DNA of 54,541 bases. It comes from a virus (taxonomy: Duplodnaviria; Caudoviricetes). Positions 43,948-53,859 of the stretch are shown piece by piece; the first letter of the stretch is position 1; every line of letters begins with the position of its first letter. The translations under genes and the position numbers were made by a program. A model generated the notes under the pieces. That model saw nothing but the letters and a program-made list of their open reading frames with translations. It was not told the origin of the DNA and did no database searches. Location: the IMG/VR virus record IMGVR_UViG_3300021420_000043, positions 1 through 54,541 of that record; one strand, written 5' to 3'.

Positions 43948-44151
43948 ATGACCTGGAACGAGTTCAAGGACAAGGTCGATGCCGCGTTGCGCCTGACCGG
44001 CCGCGACGGCTCGGTCCCGATCGAATACATTTCGATCAAGACTCATGCCGGCGAAAATGTTGAGCTATGGATCGAGCCGCAGGAACCGCGGCTGCAGATT
44101 TGGAACGCAGCGTCTGCCGGCGCGTTGCAGCCAAAGGCAATCGGCCGATGA
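43948..44151 (+). CDS. Hypothetical protein
   Basis: MTWNEFKDKVD; operonic. Confidence 0.55.
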   Translation: MTWNEFKDKVDAALRLTGRDGSVPIEYISIKTHAGENVELWIEPQEPRLQIWNAASAGALQPKAIGR

Positions 44152-44357
44152 AACCCTTGGTCATAGCATTGGTAGCAGCCGTCATCGCGATCATGATGCT
44201 GGCGATGCCGGCGCGGCACAGCAAAGCCACCAAGAAGTTTTGCTACACCACCACCAATCATCAACCGATCCAAGGCGCCGGGCCGGGGTGCCCCAAGGTC
44301 CACGATGCGGAGATTACGGCGCCTAATCTCCGCATAGCGACAGCCATGCTGTCATAA
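44148..44357 (+). CDS. Small exported or membrane protein
   Basis: Signal-like N-terminus; ATGA coupling. Confidence 0.55.
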   Translation: MKPLVIALVAAVIAIMMLAMPARHSKATKKFCYTTTNHQPIQGAGPGCPKVHDAEITAPNLRIATAMLS

Positions 44358-44377
44358 CCCAGAATGGAGAATGAACA

Positions 44378-44920
44378 ATGTGCGACTATAGTCTACACAA
44401 CGTGATGACCAGAAAGGCCGCGATCGGCGACAAGCTGATGACCACAAAATTCCCGTCAGGCACGGGCGGCCTGTGCGACATCAATGATCCTCGTGTCGCG
44501 GTATGTTTGATGCCAGGCACCGAACTGGCATTCGCGCAACAAGTCACCCGTGCCGGACTCTTTGGCATTGCCTTTACCACAGCCAGGCTTGGACGCTTCC
44601 GGCAAATCAATACCGATGTCGCGCACACCCACCATGACGCGGTCGAGTTCGCCGATGGCAAGGTGTTGTTGCTGCACGCCATGTCGGCTTGCCAGTTCGT
44701 CACCGTGCTGCAACTGCCGGCCAAGGCTGACGGCGAAAGCACGCTGGTCGATCAGGTCGAGGATCGCCTGATAACGCCAGCGGAAGCCAGCGAGATGGTG
44801 CCGATCCCGATGCCACGGCGGCGCGTCGTAGAGTACGTACCACTGGTGGCGCTCGTGGCGCTGCCGGGGTTTCTATCGGCCATGACCGTGGCGATGTTGC
44901 GCGGCTTGGGCGTTCTCTGA
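44378..44920 (+). CDS. Conserved rhizobial-type hypothetical protein (MCDYSLH family)
   Basis: MCDYSLH...AVCLMPGTELAF...HHDAVEF...VLQLP. Confidence 0.8.
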   Translation: MCDYSLHNVMTRKAAIGDKLMTTKFPSGTGGLCDINDPRVAVCLMPGTELAFAQQVTRAGLFGIAFTTARLGRFRQINTDVAHTHHDAVEFADGKVLLLHAMSACQFVTVLQLPAKADGESTLVDQVEDRLITPAEASEMVPIPMPRRRVVEYVPLVALVALPGFLSAMTVAMLRGLGVL

Positions 44921-45009
44921 CATGAGCGTGATACTCGCCAACTGGGCCGCGATCTGGATTCTGTTCAACGTCCTGGTCGCTGTGTGGATGGACCATCCTC
45001 AACAGACCG

Positions 45010-45297
45010 TCAAAACGTCACCCAGTCGGGCCTGACGGCGCGGAGCGATTGGAGACGGGCCGGCATGTAATAGTCGAGGTGCTTGCCGCAACTGCCGCAC
45101 ACCAAGACGCGCCACTCCGGCGCAAACGTTGTGCCGGTATGCTGACTATAGCCGCGGCATACCGGCTCATGAGCGCGGCCTGGAACGCCGCGGCACCATT
45201 TCACGGTGTTGCGGCGCTTGCCGGGAATTCGTGTGGCCGGCTCTTTGGTATGGCGAGCGTCGCGGATCAGCGCGGCGCGGCGTCTGCGCTCACTCAT
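45010..45297 (-). CDS. Hypothetical protein with Cys motifs
   Basis: KWCRGVPGRAH...CGSCGK. Confidence 0.6.
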   Translation of the reverse strand: MSERRRRAALIRDARHTKEPATRIPGKRRNTVKWCRGVPGRAHEPVCRGYSQHTGTTFAPEWRVLVCGSCGKHLDYYMPARLQSLRAVRPDWVTF

Positions 45298-45504
45298 TGC
45301 TCGGTCCAGGCGTCAACGTCGCCGCGTCATAGCCGGCCAGGTAGGCCCATAGGCCAAGGAACGCCGCAGCGACGGCAATCATAACCAAAAAGAAAAACCA
45401 CATGACGGCCGTCCATTAATGTTGCCTTGAGGGCACCTTAACCGACTTAATGTGCGCTTGAGGCAACATTAACCGGGCTGAGTTATAGACCGGAACACTA
45501 TGGC

Positions 45505-45861
45505 TCATGCTCCGATAATCCGCTCGATGCCGGCGCGTTCTGCCTTGCACAACATGTCCCAGGTGCCAACGCTGCCTGGCAGCGGAAAGCCGATCACCAA
45601 ATCGGGCTTCCATTCCAACATGTGCCAGTTGCGGATCGGTCCGGCCGCGTGGCCGTATCTGGTCCAGTCCGCGTCGGATTGAAAGCGCAAACCGTTTAGC
45701 TCTGGCTTGGTCCTGGCCCAATCGCGCGCCATACGATCGGCGCCGCGTTGGCCGCCTTGCATGAACGCGGTGAATGGCCGCGCGGCATGGAGTGTGTCGA
45801 GCTTGGACCAGATGAACGCGACGTTGCTGTGGTCGCGCGAGCCGCAAACGATCACGCGCAT
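45505..45861 (-). CDS. SLOG family (DUF2493/YspA-like) protein
   Basis: MRVIVCGSRD; GGQRGAD; ADWTRYGHAAGPIRN. Confidence 0.88.
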   Translation of the reverse strand: MRVIVCGSRDHSNVAFIWSKLDTLHAARPFTAFMQGGQRGADRMARDWARTKPELNGLRFQSDADWTRYGHAAGPIRNWHMLEWKPDLVIGFPLPGSVGTWDMLCKAERAGIERIIGA

Positions 45862-46085
45862 TTCTGTTCGGCCTCTGCGGCAGCGCGCTTGGCCAGCCAC
45901 GCACAGCGCACGCACTGGCCGTCTTGGTGCCAGGTGTAGCCATCACCGCACACATCGCACGGCGCGGTGTGAACATCGCCGGTCAGGCGGTTGATGCAGT
46001 GACTGTCATCCTCGATGCCTTCGATGCACACGCCGATCGGACAGTCGCACGGCTCGTTGTGGATCAGGCGGTGATTGTCACTCAT
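45852..46085 (-). CDS. Cys-rich hypothetical protein
   Basis: Multiple CxxC; AGGA RBS. Confidence 0.55.
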   Translation of the reverse strand: MSDNHRLIHNEPCDCPIGVCIEGIEDDSHCINRLTGDVHTAPCDVCGDGYTWHQDGQCVRCAWLAKRAAAEAEQKCA

Positions 46086-46336
46086 ATCATGTCCTGAGAA
46101 AGCCGCCACGCATCCTGGTCGATGCGCCAGAACAGCAATTGGATATCGTCACGCTGCGGCGTGAATACCAGCATGCAATGACTCATGTGCGTCACGCCGG
46201 TCCAATCCACAGTCTCGGACGGCCGCGCGCCAAGCCACATGGCGAGCTTCTTGCAACAGCATAGCTCGACGGCTTCGCCGGCAGCGATCATGGCGTCACG
46301 CTGGCGCGAACGCGGACGGCCCAGGCGTGTCGTCAT
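46082..46336 (-). CDS. Hypothetical protein
   Basis: ORF in a coupled series. Confidence 0.45.
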   Translation of the reverse strand: MTTRLGRPRSRQRDAMIAAGEAVELCCCKKLAMWLGARPSETVDWTGVTHMSHCMLVFTPQRDDIQLLFWRIDQDAWRLSQDMI

Positions 46337-46411
46337 CGTCTGGTGGCGCGGGCGGCTGATACAGGATCACCAAGCCGATGAAGATGGCCAGCACCGCGAT
46401 CAATACGATCA

Positions 46412-46900
46412 TCACGCCGCCTCCAATACGTCAGATTCCATTTGCATCTGCGCTTGCTGCGGGCGCGATGGCGGTGTCGGCTGCGGCATTGCTTGATCCA
46501 CGGGATCGTCAATGTCCGGCATGATCACGGTCGCGCTGAGCCACAGTTGCTTGGCGTAAAGCGCCAGGCGTTCCTGCTGTTTGAATAAGCCATCGCGCAA
46601 CAGCGCCAGGCCCATGGCAGCCGCAGCTTCCTGCCAAGTGAACCTGGTCTGGCCATCGATGAATGTCGCCGGCTGGCCTTCAAGATCGGCCATGGCCCGC
46701 ATCACTTTCAGTACGCGGATGCGGTCTTTGCGGATCACAACATAGCCAAAACGCTCGGCCATGCTTTTGATCGCTGATAATTGCAAATCGTCCAACGGAT
46801 ATTGCGTCAGACGGCGGACCTCATTGGCTTGGGTGTACATGCCAAAACTTTCCATCATGTCGGCGATGCTTTCGACGCGTTGCGGACCTGGGATGCTCAT
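46412..46900 (-). CDS. Hypothetical protein
   Basis: ORF in a coupled series. Confidence 0.6.
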   Translation of the reverse strand: MSIPGPQRVESIADMMESFGMYTQANEVRRLTQYPLDDLQLSAIKSMAERFGYVVIRKDRIRVLKVMRAMADLEGQPATFIDGQTRFTWQEAAAAMGLALLRDGLFKQQERLALYAKQLWLSATVIMPDIDDPVDQAMPQPTPPSRPQQAQMQMESDVLEAA

Positions 46901-46901
46901 G

Positions 46902-47351
46902 TCAGTCACTCGCGTGTGTCTCGCGGACCTCGCCGCGATACGAGGTGCGCCGGCCGACATCGTCGCCATGATCGAAGATGATGTACGGGTTGTTGCCAGG
47001 CCCGTGATGTGGAGCGTAGGGCCGCATGCCATCGATCACAAAGAACTCGCAACACTCATGGTTCTCGACCAATAGGAACTGATCGAGCAACCAATGCTGC
47101 CAGGATTGCGCGTTGTAGGAGGCCGGTGGCACCGGCATGTAATGGATGACACGATAGGTCTCGCCGCGATCGACGTGATAGGTGTCGTAGCCTTCCGACG
47201 TGATGCACAGCGTCAAGCCCTTGGAGCCTTGACCGCGGTCGCGGAATTCCAGACGGCATTCCCAGCCGGGCCGGTACTGCAGCTTGTCTACCAGATCAGA
47301 CAGGATCACCGGATACGGCGCGGTCTGTTCATTGGTGCGAACGTCGCCCAT
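46902..47351 (-). CDS. Conserved-type phage protein
   Basis: YRPGW...VENHECCEFF...YAPHHGPG; GAGGT RBS. Confidence 0.7.
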   Translation of the reverse strand: MGDVRTNEQTAPYPVILSDLVDKLQYRPGWECRLEFRDRGQGSKGLTLCITSEGYDTYHVDRGETYRVIHYMPVPPASYNAQSWQHWLLDQFLLVENHECCEFFVIDGMRPYAPHHGPGNNPYIIFDHGDDVGRRTSYRGEVRETHASD

Positions 47352-47383
47352 GGGCGCTGACCTCTCGATAGTGGTGTGTGTTG

Positions 47384-47686
47384 TTACAGTCGGTGCAGCC
47401 AGCGCCGGCTTGCTTGGCCGATGTGCGCGTGGTACGCAACGCGCTGCGCTGGTGTGGTTGGTTCGTTGTCGTCCTCGCGCATGAAATGCCGGTAACATGA
47501 CCCGGAGGTCTCGTTGTCGTGCGCCGATGGCGGCATGCCGCCTGGTGGCTCAACGGCATCGCGGTGCAGCTTGCGGATCGCCGACGCGCCGCCCTCGACA
47601 TGGCCGATACCAAAACCGACTCCCAACCCCAACGCCAGCGCGCCCCCATAAATCACCAGGGCCGACAACGCTGTTGGATCGATCAT
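47384..47686 (-). CDS. Membrane-anchored hypothetical protein
   Basis: N-terminal TM; ATGA coupling. Confidence 0.5.
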   Translation of the reverse strand: MIDPTALSALVIYGGALALGLGVGFGIGHVEGGASAIRKLHRDAVEPPGGMPPSAHDNETSGSCYRHFMREDDNEPTTPAQRVAYHAHIGQASRRWLHRL

Positions 47687-47874
47687 GGCATGACCTCGAT
47701 CTCAGACAGACTGACGTTGAACCGCTTGACACCGATCATGGTCTGCATCACGCCGGACGCCAGATCGGTGATGAGGTTATCGGTCTCGTAGCGCATCAAG
47801 TCCGACTTGACCTCGACCGTGATCTTGACCTTGCTGGCGCGATCGTGCGCCCTGACGACTTTGACGCGTTTCAT
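47683..47874 (-). CDS. Hypothetical protein
   Basis: Coupled ORF. Confidence 0.6.
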   Translation of the reverse strand: MKRVKVVRAHDRASKVKITVEVKSDLMRYETDNLITDLASGVMQTMIGVKRFNVSLSEIEVMP

Positions 47875-48041
47875 GTTATTGGCCGCGGCGGCCAGTACGG
47901 CTGCAATGGCGTAGCGATATAGTCAGCCGGCGTCATGTACTCGACGCGCTTGATGCCACCGCCCTCGTAATACTCGATGGCCTTGACCAGCGGGCATTTC
48001 ATGTTGTCGTGGTACTGATTGCAATGAGGGCACGCGTTCAT
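47871..48041 (-). CDS. Small Cys/His protein (56 aa)
   Basis: Manual translation MNACPHC...H...CPLVKAIEYYEGGGIKRVEY; ATGA overlap at both ends. Confidence 0.65.
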   Translation of the reverse strand: MNACPHCNQYHDNMKCPLVKAIEYYEGGGIKRVEYMTPADYIATPLQPYWPPRPIT

Positions 48042-48529
48042 GCCTCTACCTCACCACTGATATGCAGCCCGTGTTCCGCCAACTCCTGACCGCACATCTC
48101 GTCTATGCAGCCGTAGTAAAAGTCATCCCAGTTGCGCGCCGAGATATCATGCGGATATTTGATCTCCGGCAATTCATCGTCGCGCAACGCATCGCGCAGA
48201 CAGTTGCGCACCGACACGCCAGGCCCGAAATGAAAACAGATATCGTCCGATCCGATCACGTCGCCGGCCGCTTTTTGCTTGACCCAGGTGTCGAACAGTT
48301 CGCGGCCTGCCGTGGTCACAAGCATTTCCGAACGCAAATGACTGCACAGCCGCGAGCGCGTCGTGGCCGCGACCTTGACCCAGTTCTTGAGCGAGCTGTG
48401 CGGCCAGTCCTGATAGTCGATATGATCGTCGCCCATGCCGATCGGCGCGGCGCGCGTGGTGTCCTTGCTAAAGTCTGGCGGACCGTTGGGAAACGTCAGT
48501 GTTTCACCTGTCCGAGTTTGCACTTGCAT
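48038..48529 (-). CDS. Hypothetical protein
   Basis: FHFGPGVSVRNCLR...NWDDFY. Confidence 0.65.
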   Translation of the reverse strand: MQVQTRTGETLTFPNGPPDFSKDTTRAAPIGMGDDHIDYQDWPHSSLKNWVKVAATTRSRLCSHLRSEMLVTTAGRELFDTWVKQKAAGDVIGSDDICFHFGPGVSVRNCLRDALRDDELPEIKYPHDISARNWDDFYYGCIDEMCGQELAEHGLHISGEVEA

Positions 48530-48774
48530 CACAGGTCCCGCTTGATCTGCGCGTCTGGCGGCAGGCATCGATACGTGGTCGCGCCATCGATGCCGGGCGG
48601 CCCATAGCTGATATCGAACTTGCCGGTGACCTTGACATCAAGCCCATCGTTGCGCGCATTGACGATCAGGTCCGCTGCATAGCGCAGCGCGTCGCGAATC
48701 GCGGCGGCATGATTGACGTCGGGGTTCGGTAGATCGATGATGAGTTTCTTAGTGACTAACATTACGGACCTCAA
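48529..48774 (-). CDS. Hypothetical protein
   Basis: Coupled ORF. Confidence 0.5.
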   Translation of the reverse strand: MRSVMLVTKKLIIDLPNPDVNHAAAIRDALRYAADLIVNARNDGLDVKVTGKFDISYGPPGIDGATTYRCLPPDAQIKRDL

Positions 48775-49046
48775 CGGTTGGGCTTTCTCAGATAGGTGTG
48801 TTCCAGTTCGGCCATGGCATTCAGCACGGTCTGTATCTCGCGCTGGCCGACGCCGGAGGCGTGGTGCAGCAAGATCACCAGCGCCTTGTCGGTCAAACGG
48901 CCGGCGCGCAGCTTGCGCATGCCATTCGCAATAGCGACGATGCTGTCGGCGATCACCTCGGTCGGCATCGGCTCCGCTTGGGAGCCTTGCAAATGCCGGG
49001 CGATCGTTGCCTTATCATCTGCGTTTTGTTTTGGTAGTTTGATCAT
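48771..49046 (-). CDS. Hypothetical protein
   Basis: GAGG RBS; coupled. Confidence 0.65.
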   Translation of the reverse strand: MIKLPKQNADDKATIARHLQGSQAEPMPTEVIADSIVAIANGMRKLRAGRLTDKALVILLHHASGVGQREIQTVLNAMAELEHTYLRKPNR

Positions 49047-49420
49047 TGCACCGCCTCGATGCCGCCGACCATGTCGCCAGTAGCGCACTTGACGCACAGC
49101 CGATTGTGGATGCCATGTGAGGGGAACGGTTTGCCGCAGCACAGGCATGACCGCGTCGTGGTCTTTGACTTGGCGCTATCTTCCGCATCGACCAGCGCCT
49201 GGTCGGCGTCTGAATGCTCCGGCGCCAGAACGTAGACCTTGACCAAGCCTGCGGCGGTTCTGATCCGCCTGTCAGTCACCAGCAGCGCGCCGGCATTGAT
49301 CATCCGCGTCATGGTCGAGATGACAGCGTTCGGCTCGGCGTCAATGAATGCGACCAGGTCAGCACGCGTCGCCGATCGGTGACGGTGCAGGTAACGCTTG
49401 ATCTTGTCGGCGATGATCAT
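49043..49420 (-). CDS. Winged-helix plus Zn-finger protein
   Basis: HTH-like N-terminus; RSCLCCGKPF...NRLCVKC. Confidence 0.65.
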   Translation of the reverse strand: MIIADKIKRYLHRHRSATRADLVAFIDAEPNAVISTMTRMINAGALLVTDRRIRTAAGLVKVYVLAPEHSDADQALVDAEDSAKSKTTTRSCLCCGKPFPSHGIHNRLCVKCATGDMVGGIEAVQ

Positions 49421-49421
49421 A

Positions 49422-49769
49422 TCAGTCCCATCGCATCATGGAGCGCAGGTCTTTTTGCACCGACGTGACATTGAATTTATGGCGCACCGCGGCACCAAGA
49501 TCGATGCTATACAAGACGGCGCATCGATCGGCGCAGATCACAGTGTCTGCCAATTCCTCTGCCAGCCGGTCCAGCAAGTCGGCTTCCGAAAACTTGACCA
49601 GGCCGGCAAAACCGCGCCGTATCAGTTCCAGCTTCTTGATGACGTTCTGCGCCTCGCCGCATTCGCCGCCCATTTCCAAGCCGCGGAACGCCGCGTCGGT
49701 TCTGTTGCCCTCGTTCAGTTCCTCTGAGCGCTCGATTACGGCGTCGCGCAACGCCTCGAATGTGGTCAT
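49422..49769 (-). CDS. MazG-like NTP pyrophosphohydrolase
   Basis: GECGEAQNVIKK...LAEELADTVI...KFN. Confidence 0.88.
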   Translation of the reverse strand: MTTFEALRDAVIERSEELNEGNRTDAAFRGLEMGGECGEAQNVIKKLELIRRGFAGLVKFSEADLLDRLAEELADTVICADRCAVLYSIDLGAAVRHKFNVTSVQKDLRSMMRWD

Positions 49770-50027
49770 CCTCGCACTCCCAACGCCAGCAGCATCGTGG
49801 CGATACCGATCAGCAAAGCGTCAATGCCCGCGGTATCCTTGTTGTGCGGCGGCGCCAGCGCAATGAACAGAATGAAAGCGCCGGCTATGATCGACACCGT
49901 ACCCATTATGCGTGATCCTTTCAGTGCGCCAGCGGCGCCAGCGCCGCAGCGATCTTGTTCAACGCACCAACGACATCGGTAAGCGTCAGCCAGATGAGAA
50001 ACAACAGAACATTACGAGCGAAGGCCA

Positions 50028-50258
50028 TCACCGCACTCCGGAGTCCTGCAGGATATCGACCAGGTCGCGCATGTCGCCGTTGCGATCCAGCAACACGACA
50101 CCGTCATCGGCATCGTCATCGACGTGCGCCACGGTCATATCGACCGCGTCCTGTTCAGTGTGCATGCGTTGCGACCAATCGCGCAGATAGCCGCGCCAGA
50201 TGTCGGCATGCGCTTCACGCCAAGTCTGCAACGTCTTGCTCCATTTGCTCTTGCTCAT
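50028..50258 (-). CDS. Hypothetical protein
   Basis: ORF in series. Confidence 0.45.
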   Translation of the reverse strand: MSKSKWSKTLQTWREAHADIWRGYLRDWSQRMHTEQDAVDMTVAHVDDDADDGVVLLDRNGDMRDLVDILQDSGVR

Positions 50259-50524
50259 CACCATCACGCACCGAATGCCACTGTGACGAAACACCATGCC
50301 GCGATCACCAGAACAATGACGGCCACCGCAATCGCCATGCGGCGCAGCCGGCGCTGGCGCCGAGTTTCGGTGTCTTGAAACTCAGCCCAACTGATTGAAC
50401 GGTTCTTTGGTTGGATCGTCGCGATCATCGGGCGGTTTGGCTTTCTTGACTGGCGACACCGCAAAGGGACAGAACAGTTCGGCCATGGCTTGCAACGTTG
50501 CGAGCCATGCGGCATAACCAAGCA

Positions 50525-50890
50525 TCACGCGTCCGCATGCGCTGGACAGGTCAAGCTTTCCCATATCTGCACCAAGCCGCGATGATGCTCGGGACGCGTG
50601 GCGAGTTTGGTCTCGGGGAACGATTGCGTCTTGCGGCAGATCATGGCTTTGGCGGCACGGCGAAAGATGCTGCCCATGGCGCGGCTTTCCGGCGTCACCA
50701 TGTGCTGGGCGTCAAGCACGGCCGTGACATCTTCCGACGTGAAATAGCGCATGCGCTTGGCGACGGTGCGCAGCGCATGATCGGCGGCCTTGGTCCATTC
50801 CGGATCAACGCCGGCATCGACTTGCGCCATGCCGGAAGCCTTGGCGTCATCGCCGGCCGTCAAGCCGTGGTGTGCGTCGCGAAAATTCAT
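50525..50890 (-). CDS. Conserved-type phage protein (winged-helix-like)
   Basis: FTSEDV...RAMGSIFRRAAK...IWES; GGAGGT RBS. Confidence 0.7.
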   Translation of the reverse strand: MNFRDAHHGLTAGDDAKASGMAQVDAGVDPEWTKAADHALRTVAKRMRYFTSEDVTAVLDAQHMVTPESRAMGSIFRRAAKAMICRKTQSFPETKLATRPEHHRGLVQIWESLTCPAHADA

Positions 50891-51618
50891 GACGCGACCT
50901 CCGCGACTCTGTGCGTGGCGTCGGCCGTAACGAACATCGGGCCGCGATCGAGGAAGGCGAGCGGGACAAGCCAGCGCAGGTCTGCCAGCACGTTGGGCCG
51001 CGACAGGATGTCCGACAGATGCACGATCACCGTTTCATCGCCGCTATCGATCAGGATGCCTTCCCCGATCGGCAGGCTTTCGGTCATCGCCGCGTAGCAA
51101 TGGATGACCGAGCACGGATTGGGCTTGAGCGTCGCGAAACCGTGCCAGCCCGACTCCGGCTGTGCCGCGACGATTTCTTCCTCCCATTCGCGCGCCATGG
51201 CGTCGTCGGGGTGTTCGTCGCGCTCGACCTTGCCGCCAACGCCGTTGAGCAGGCCGCGCTGGAACACGGGCCGCAGCTTGCGCAGCAACAGAACGCGCGT
51301 CGTGGAACGCTCCATCACAAAGCCAACCGCGTAATGCTGGGCTTCCGGCGCGATGGCTGCGGGCGGCTCCGGTCTCTGTGGCGTGTCCGGTTGAACGTGC
51401 AAGTCGAGATCAGCCAAGACATCGTCATTATCGAAATCATAACAACGCGAGCGCGGAGGCGTGAACTCGTTGTCCGGCAGATGCGCCGGCTGATCGCCAT
51501 ACAAGGCTTGGTCGCTCAGATCAGCGCCGACCTCAATCGCCGGATGATCGACACCGTCAACCGTCAGGATGTTGCGACGCGCGCCGTTAGCTTTGCGTTT
51601 GACTTTGCGCTTGGTCAT
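50887..51618 (-). CDS. NUDIX hydrolase domain protein
   Basis: Nudix box GGKVERDEHPDDAMAREWEEE. Confidence 0.85.
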   Translation of the reverse strand: MTKRKVKRKANGARRNILTVDGVDHPAIEVGADLSDQALYGDQPAHLPDNEFTPPRSRCYDFDNDDVLADLDLHVQPDTPQRPEPPAAIAPEAQHYAVGFVMERSTTRVLLLRKLRPVFQRGLLNGVGGKVERDEHPDDAMAREWEEEIVAAQPESGWHGFATLKPNPCSVIHCYAAMTESLPIGEGILIDSGDETVIVHLSDILSRPNVLADLRWLVPLAFLDRGPMFVTADATHRVAEVAS

Positions 51619-52124
51619 GACGCGGCGCTCCAATGGAACGGAGCCTCGCCGGGCTTGGCTTGCACCTCGATATGAACGGGCCGATCCAGGCAGACGATAT
51701 GGCCGACGTTGTAAATGTCGGTGATGTAGTGCCAGTTGCCGCGGACCACCAGCGACACCGCATCCTCGATCTCGATCTCGATCTCATCACCGTCACTGTC
51801 GAGGAAACCGGGATAGCTGTAATACCGCGCCGCTTCATGGCTGAGATCGAGCGCGATCGGCGTGACGCGAGGTGGCAAGCCTTGCTGCAAAAAGCCTTGC
51901 TGCAGATCGGACAAGCCTGCCACGAATTCGCTGTAAGCAGGCGCTTGGCGCGGCTCATCGCCGCTTTCAGCGTCGCTGAAATGATCGGCGGACTCATGTG
52001 CGCAGGCCGCCGTGGCACCGGACTTGTCCGGCCGCATCGCGCCGTCCGCATCCACGTTCCACAACGTGCCGTCAACCGGAATGCAGGGATGCTCGACATC
52101 CATTTCGCAAAGCTGACATTTCAT
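51615..52124 (-). CDS. Hypothetical protein
   Basis: GGAG RBS; ATGA coupling. Confidence 0.6.
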   Translation of the reverse strand: MKCQLCEMDVEHPCIPVDGTLWNVDADGAMRPDKSGATAACAHESADHFSDAESGDEPRQAPAYSEFVAGLSDLQQGFLQQGLPPRVTPIALDLSHEAARYYSYPGFLDSDGDEIEIEIEDAVSLVVRGNWHYITDIYNVGHIVCLDRPVHIEVQAKPGEAPFHWSAAS

Positions 52125-52283
52125 AAGCGCGACTCCGTTCGGGTAAGGGAACCAACTTTTGTTTTTTTAGATCATTCCCGCGTGTACGCCTTACGCTGAT
52201 CGCGGGCAACAAGGTGCTTGAGTTAGACCGGTTACGCAAAGGTCAGAACACATTGATCATCGGCCGAAATTCTCTTGTAGTTA

Positions 52284-52466
52284 CTACGCGCGCAACGCGC
52301 GCAAGGCAGGCTCGATGACAAGGCCGCGAGACTCCTCTGCGGTCTGCGGACAATCTGGTGCCCAGCAAACGAACGGAGTTCCATCGCCAAGATCGCGACA
52401 GCACGGCTTCTCGACTGGGTGTTTCAATATGTCGGTCTGCCAGGAAGGTGAGGTATCCAGCATCAT
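52284..52466 (-). CDS. Hypothetical protein
   Basis: AAGGA RBS. Confidence 0.5.
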   Translation of the reverse strand: MMLDTSPSWQTDILKHPVEKPCCRDLGDGTPFVCWAPDCPQTAEESRGLVIEPALRALRA

Positions 52467-52553
52467 GAGATGTCCTTTCCAGCCGAGAGACCGGACTCGG
52501 TCACCGTTGCGCCGCGTTATCGAATAACGTTTGTTCTGTCATGGTCTACATCC

Positions 52554-52910
52554 TTATGACTGCACCGTGAGAGGGTGGGGCGGTCCCCAAGTTCCGGGAA
52601 CCGGGACGCCGACCTGACCGCCCGTGCTGGTATGGCCCATGTCCAGGGCCTGGAATTTGTTGGACGCCACATCAGCCGGCATCGCCAAAAACTTCTTGCC
52701 GTCAAAAATCAGATTGACGATCTGACCATGGATGAAACGCCGGGCCATCAGCGGCGCGCCGTTGGGCTGCACAACATCGAACGTGCCGAACCATGTAGTC
52801 AGCGTGACGCGGGGCACAGGCGCAACCAATCGCCTGATCGCTTCCGGTGCCAACATCCCGGCTGCGAACACGCCGGCCAGACCAGCCATGAAACCACGGC
52901 GCGTCGTCAT
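52554..52910 (-). CDS. Protein with a twin-arginine-like N-terminus
   Basis: TRRGFMAGLAG. Confidence 0.6.
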   Translation of the reverse strand: MTTRRGFMAGLAGVFAAGMLAPEAIRRLVAPVPRVTLTTWFGTFDVVQPNGAPLMARRFIHGQIVNLIFDGKKFLAMPADVASNKFQALDMGHTSTGGQVGVPVPGTWGPPHPLTVQS

Positions 52911-53143
52911 GCCGACACCAATTCGATCACGCCATTACTGCCGGGCAAATCGTCAGGCACGGTCAAAACGGTAATGATCACATCGCGACTGTCGGGATCA
53001 TGACGGACAGATACGGCACCGACTTGGCCGCCGATCAAAACACCGTTGAATAGCCGATCAAGCTCATTCCGAAATTGCTTCACAGGCATGCCGACCGAGT
53101 CGATCGCAAACCGCGCAATCCGATCCAGACGAGTCCTCATCAT
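52907..53143 (-). CDS. Hypothetical protein
   Basis: Coupled ORF. Confidence 0.5.
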   Translation of the reverse strand: MMRTRLDRIARFAIDSVGMPVKQFRNELDRLFNGVLIGGQVGAVSVRHDPDSRDVIITVLTVPDDLPGSNGVIELVSA

Positions 53144-53192
53144 GGTGCAAACTCATTGAGCCAACGATGAAACTGATCGAGCCAGCGCCGTA

Positions 53193-53414
53193 TCATCGGA
53201 ATGCCTCGCGAGGCTTGGCGATATAGCGCGGCGCCGTGATGGTATAGGTGTGTTTCACGTCGTCATGAACCATGGCCACCCTGATCGCCTCGTTGTGCGG
53301 ATCGATGACGCGAGCCGTGACCGGACCTGGCGATAGCTTTGGTTCGTCGCGGCGCAACTGCTTGATCCGTTCCACAGCATCGTCCAAATCGCTATCGCGC
53401 ACCGTGATGATCAT
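53193..53414 (-). CDS. Hypothetical protein
   Basis: ATGA coupling (MIITVRD). Confidence 0.5.
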   Translation of the reverse strand: MIITVRDSDLDDAVERIKQLRRDEPKLSPGPVTARVIDPHNEAIRVAMVHDDVKHTYTITAPRYIAKPREAFR

Positions 53415-53674
53415 GGCACCGTACCGTGTTGTTCTCGATATGCGATGATGAAAGGATCGCGCGGATTCCAGATCGCCTCGCCGCGCGCCGGCCACGGCAA
53501 ATAGCTGCCGTCTTTCACATTGCGGATGGCGCGGTTCGGGATGTGATAGCGACCAGCCGCGTTGCCGCTGTTCACGCTGATGGCGCCGCCACGCCGCACC
53601 TTCAAATCAGTGCCGCGCTTCCAACGCGAAATAGGAATACGGATCGGCGGGCCGTAGTTGATGATCTCGGTCAT
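53411..53674 (-). CDS. Hypothetical protein
   Basis: ATGA coupling (MTEIINY). Confidence 0.5.
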   Translation of the reverse strand: MTEIINYGPPIRIPISRWKRGTDLKVRRGGAISVNSGNAAGRYHIPNRAIRNVKDGSYLPWPARGEAIWNPRDPFIIAYREQHGTVP

Positions 53675-53859
53675 GACCGGTCCCGGTAGCGTTGCTGTTG
53701 CGCTGCGAAATTGTCGGCGACGGCTTGGCCCGGTGCCGATCGCATCGGCTGGCCCTGGATCACCCGCGTCGTGCAGCGCAGACACAGCCCGTTGTCGGCC
53801 GCGCCGCTACTGCCGCACTCGGCACACTTGCGATCGAGATCACCGGTTACGGATGACAT
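53671..53859 (-). CDS. Small Zn-finger protein
   Basis: CAEC...LCLRC; GGAG RBS. Confidence 0.6.
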   Translation of the reverse strand: MSSVTGDLDRKCAECGSSGAADNGLCLRCTTRVIQGQPMRSAPGQAVADNFAAQQQRYRDRS

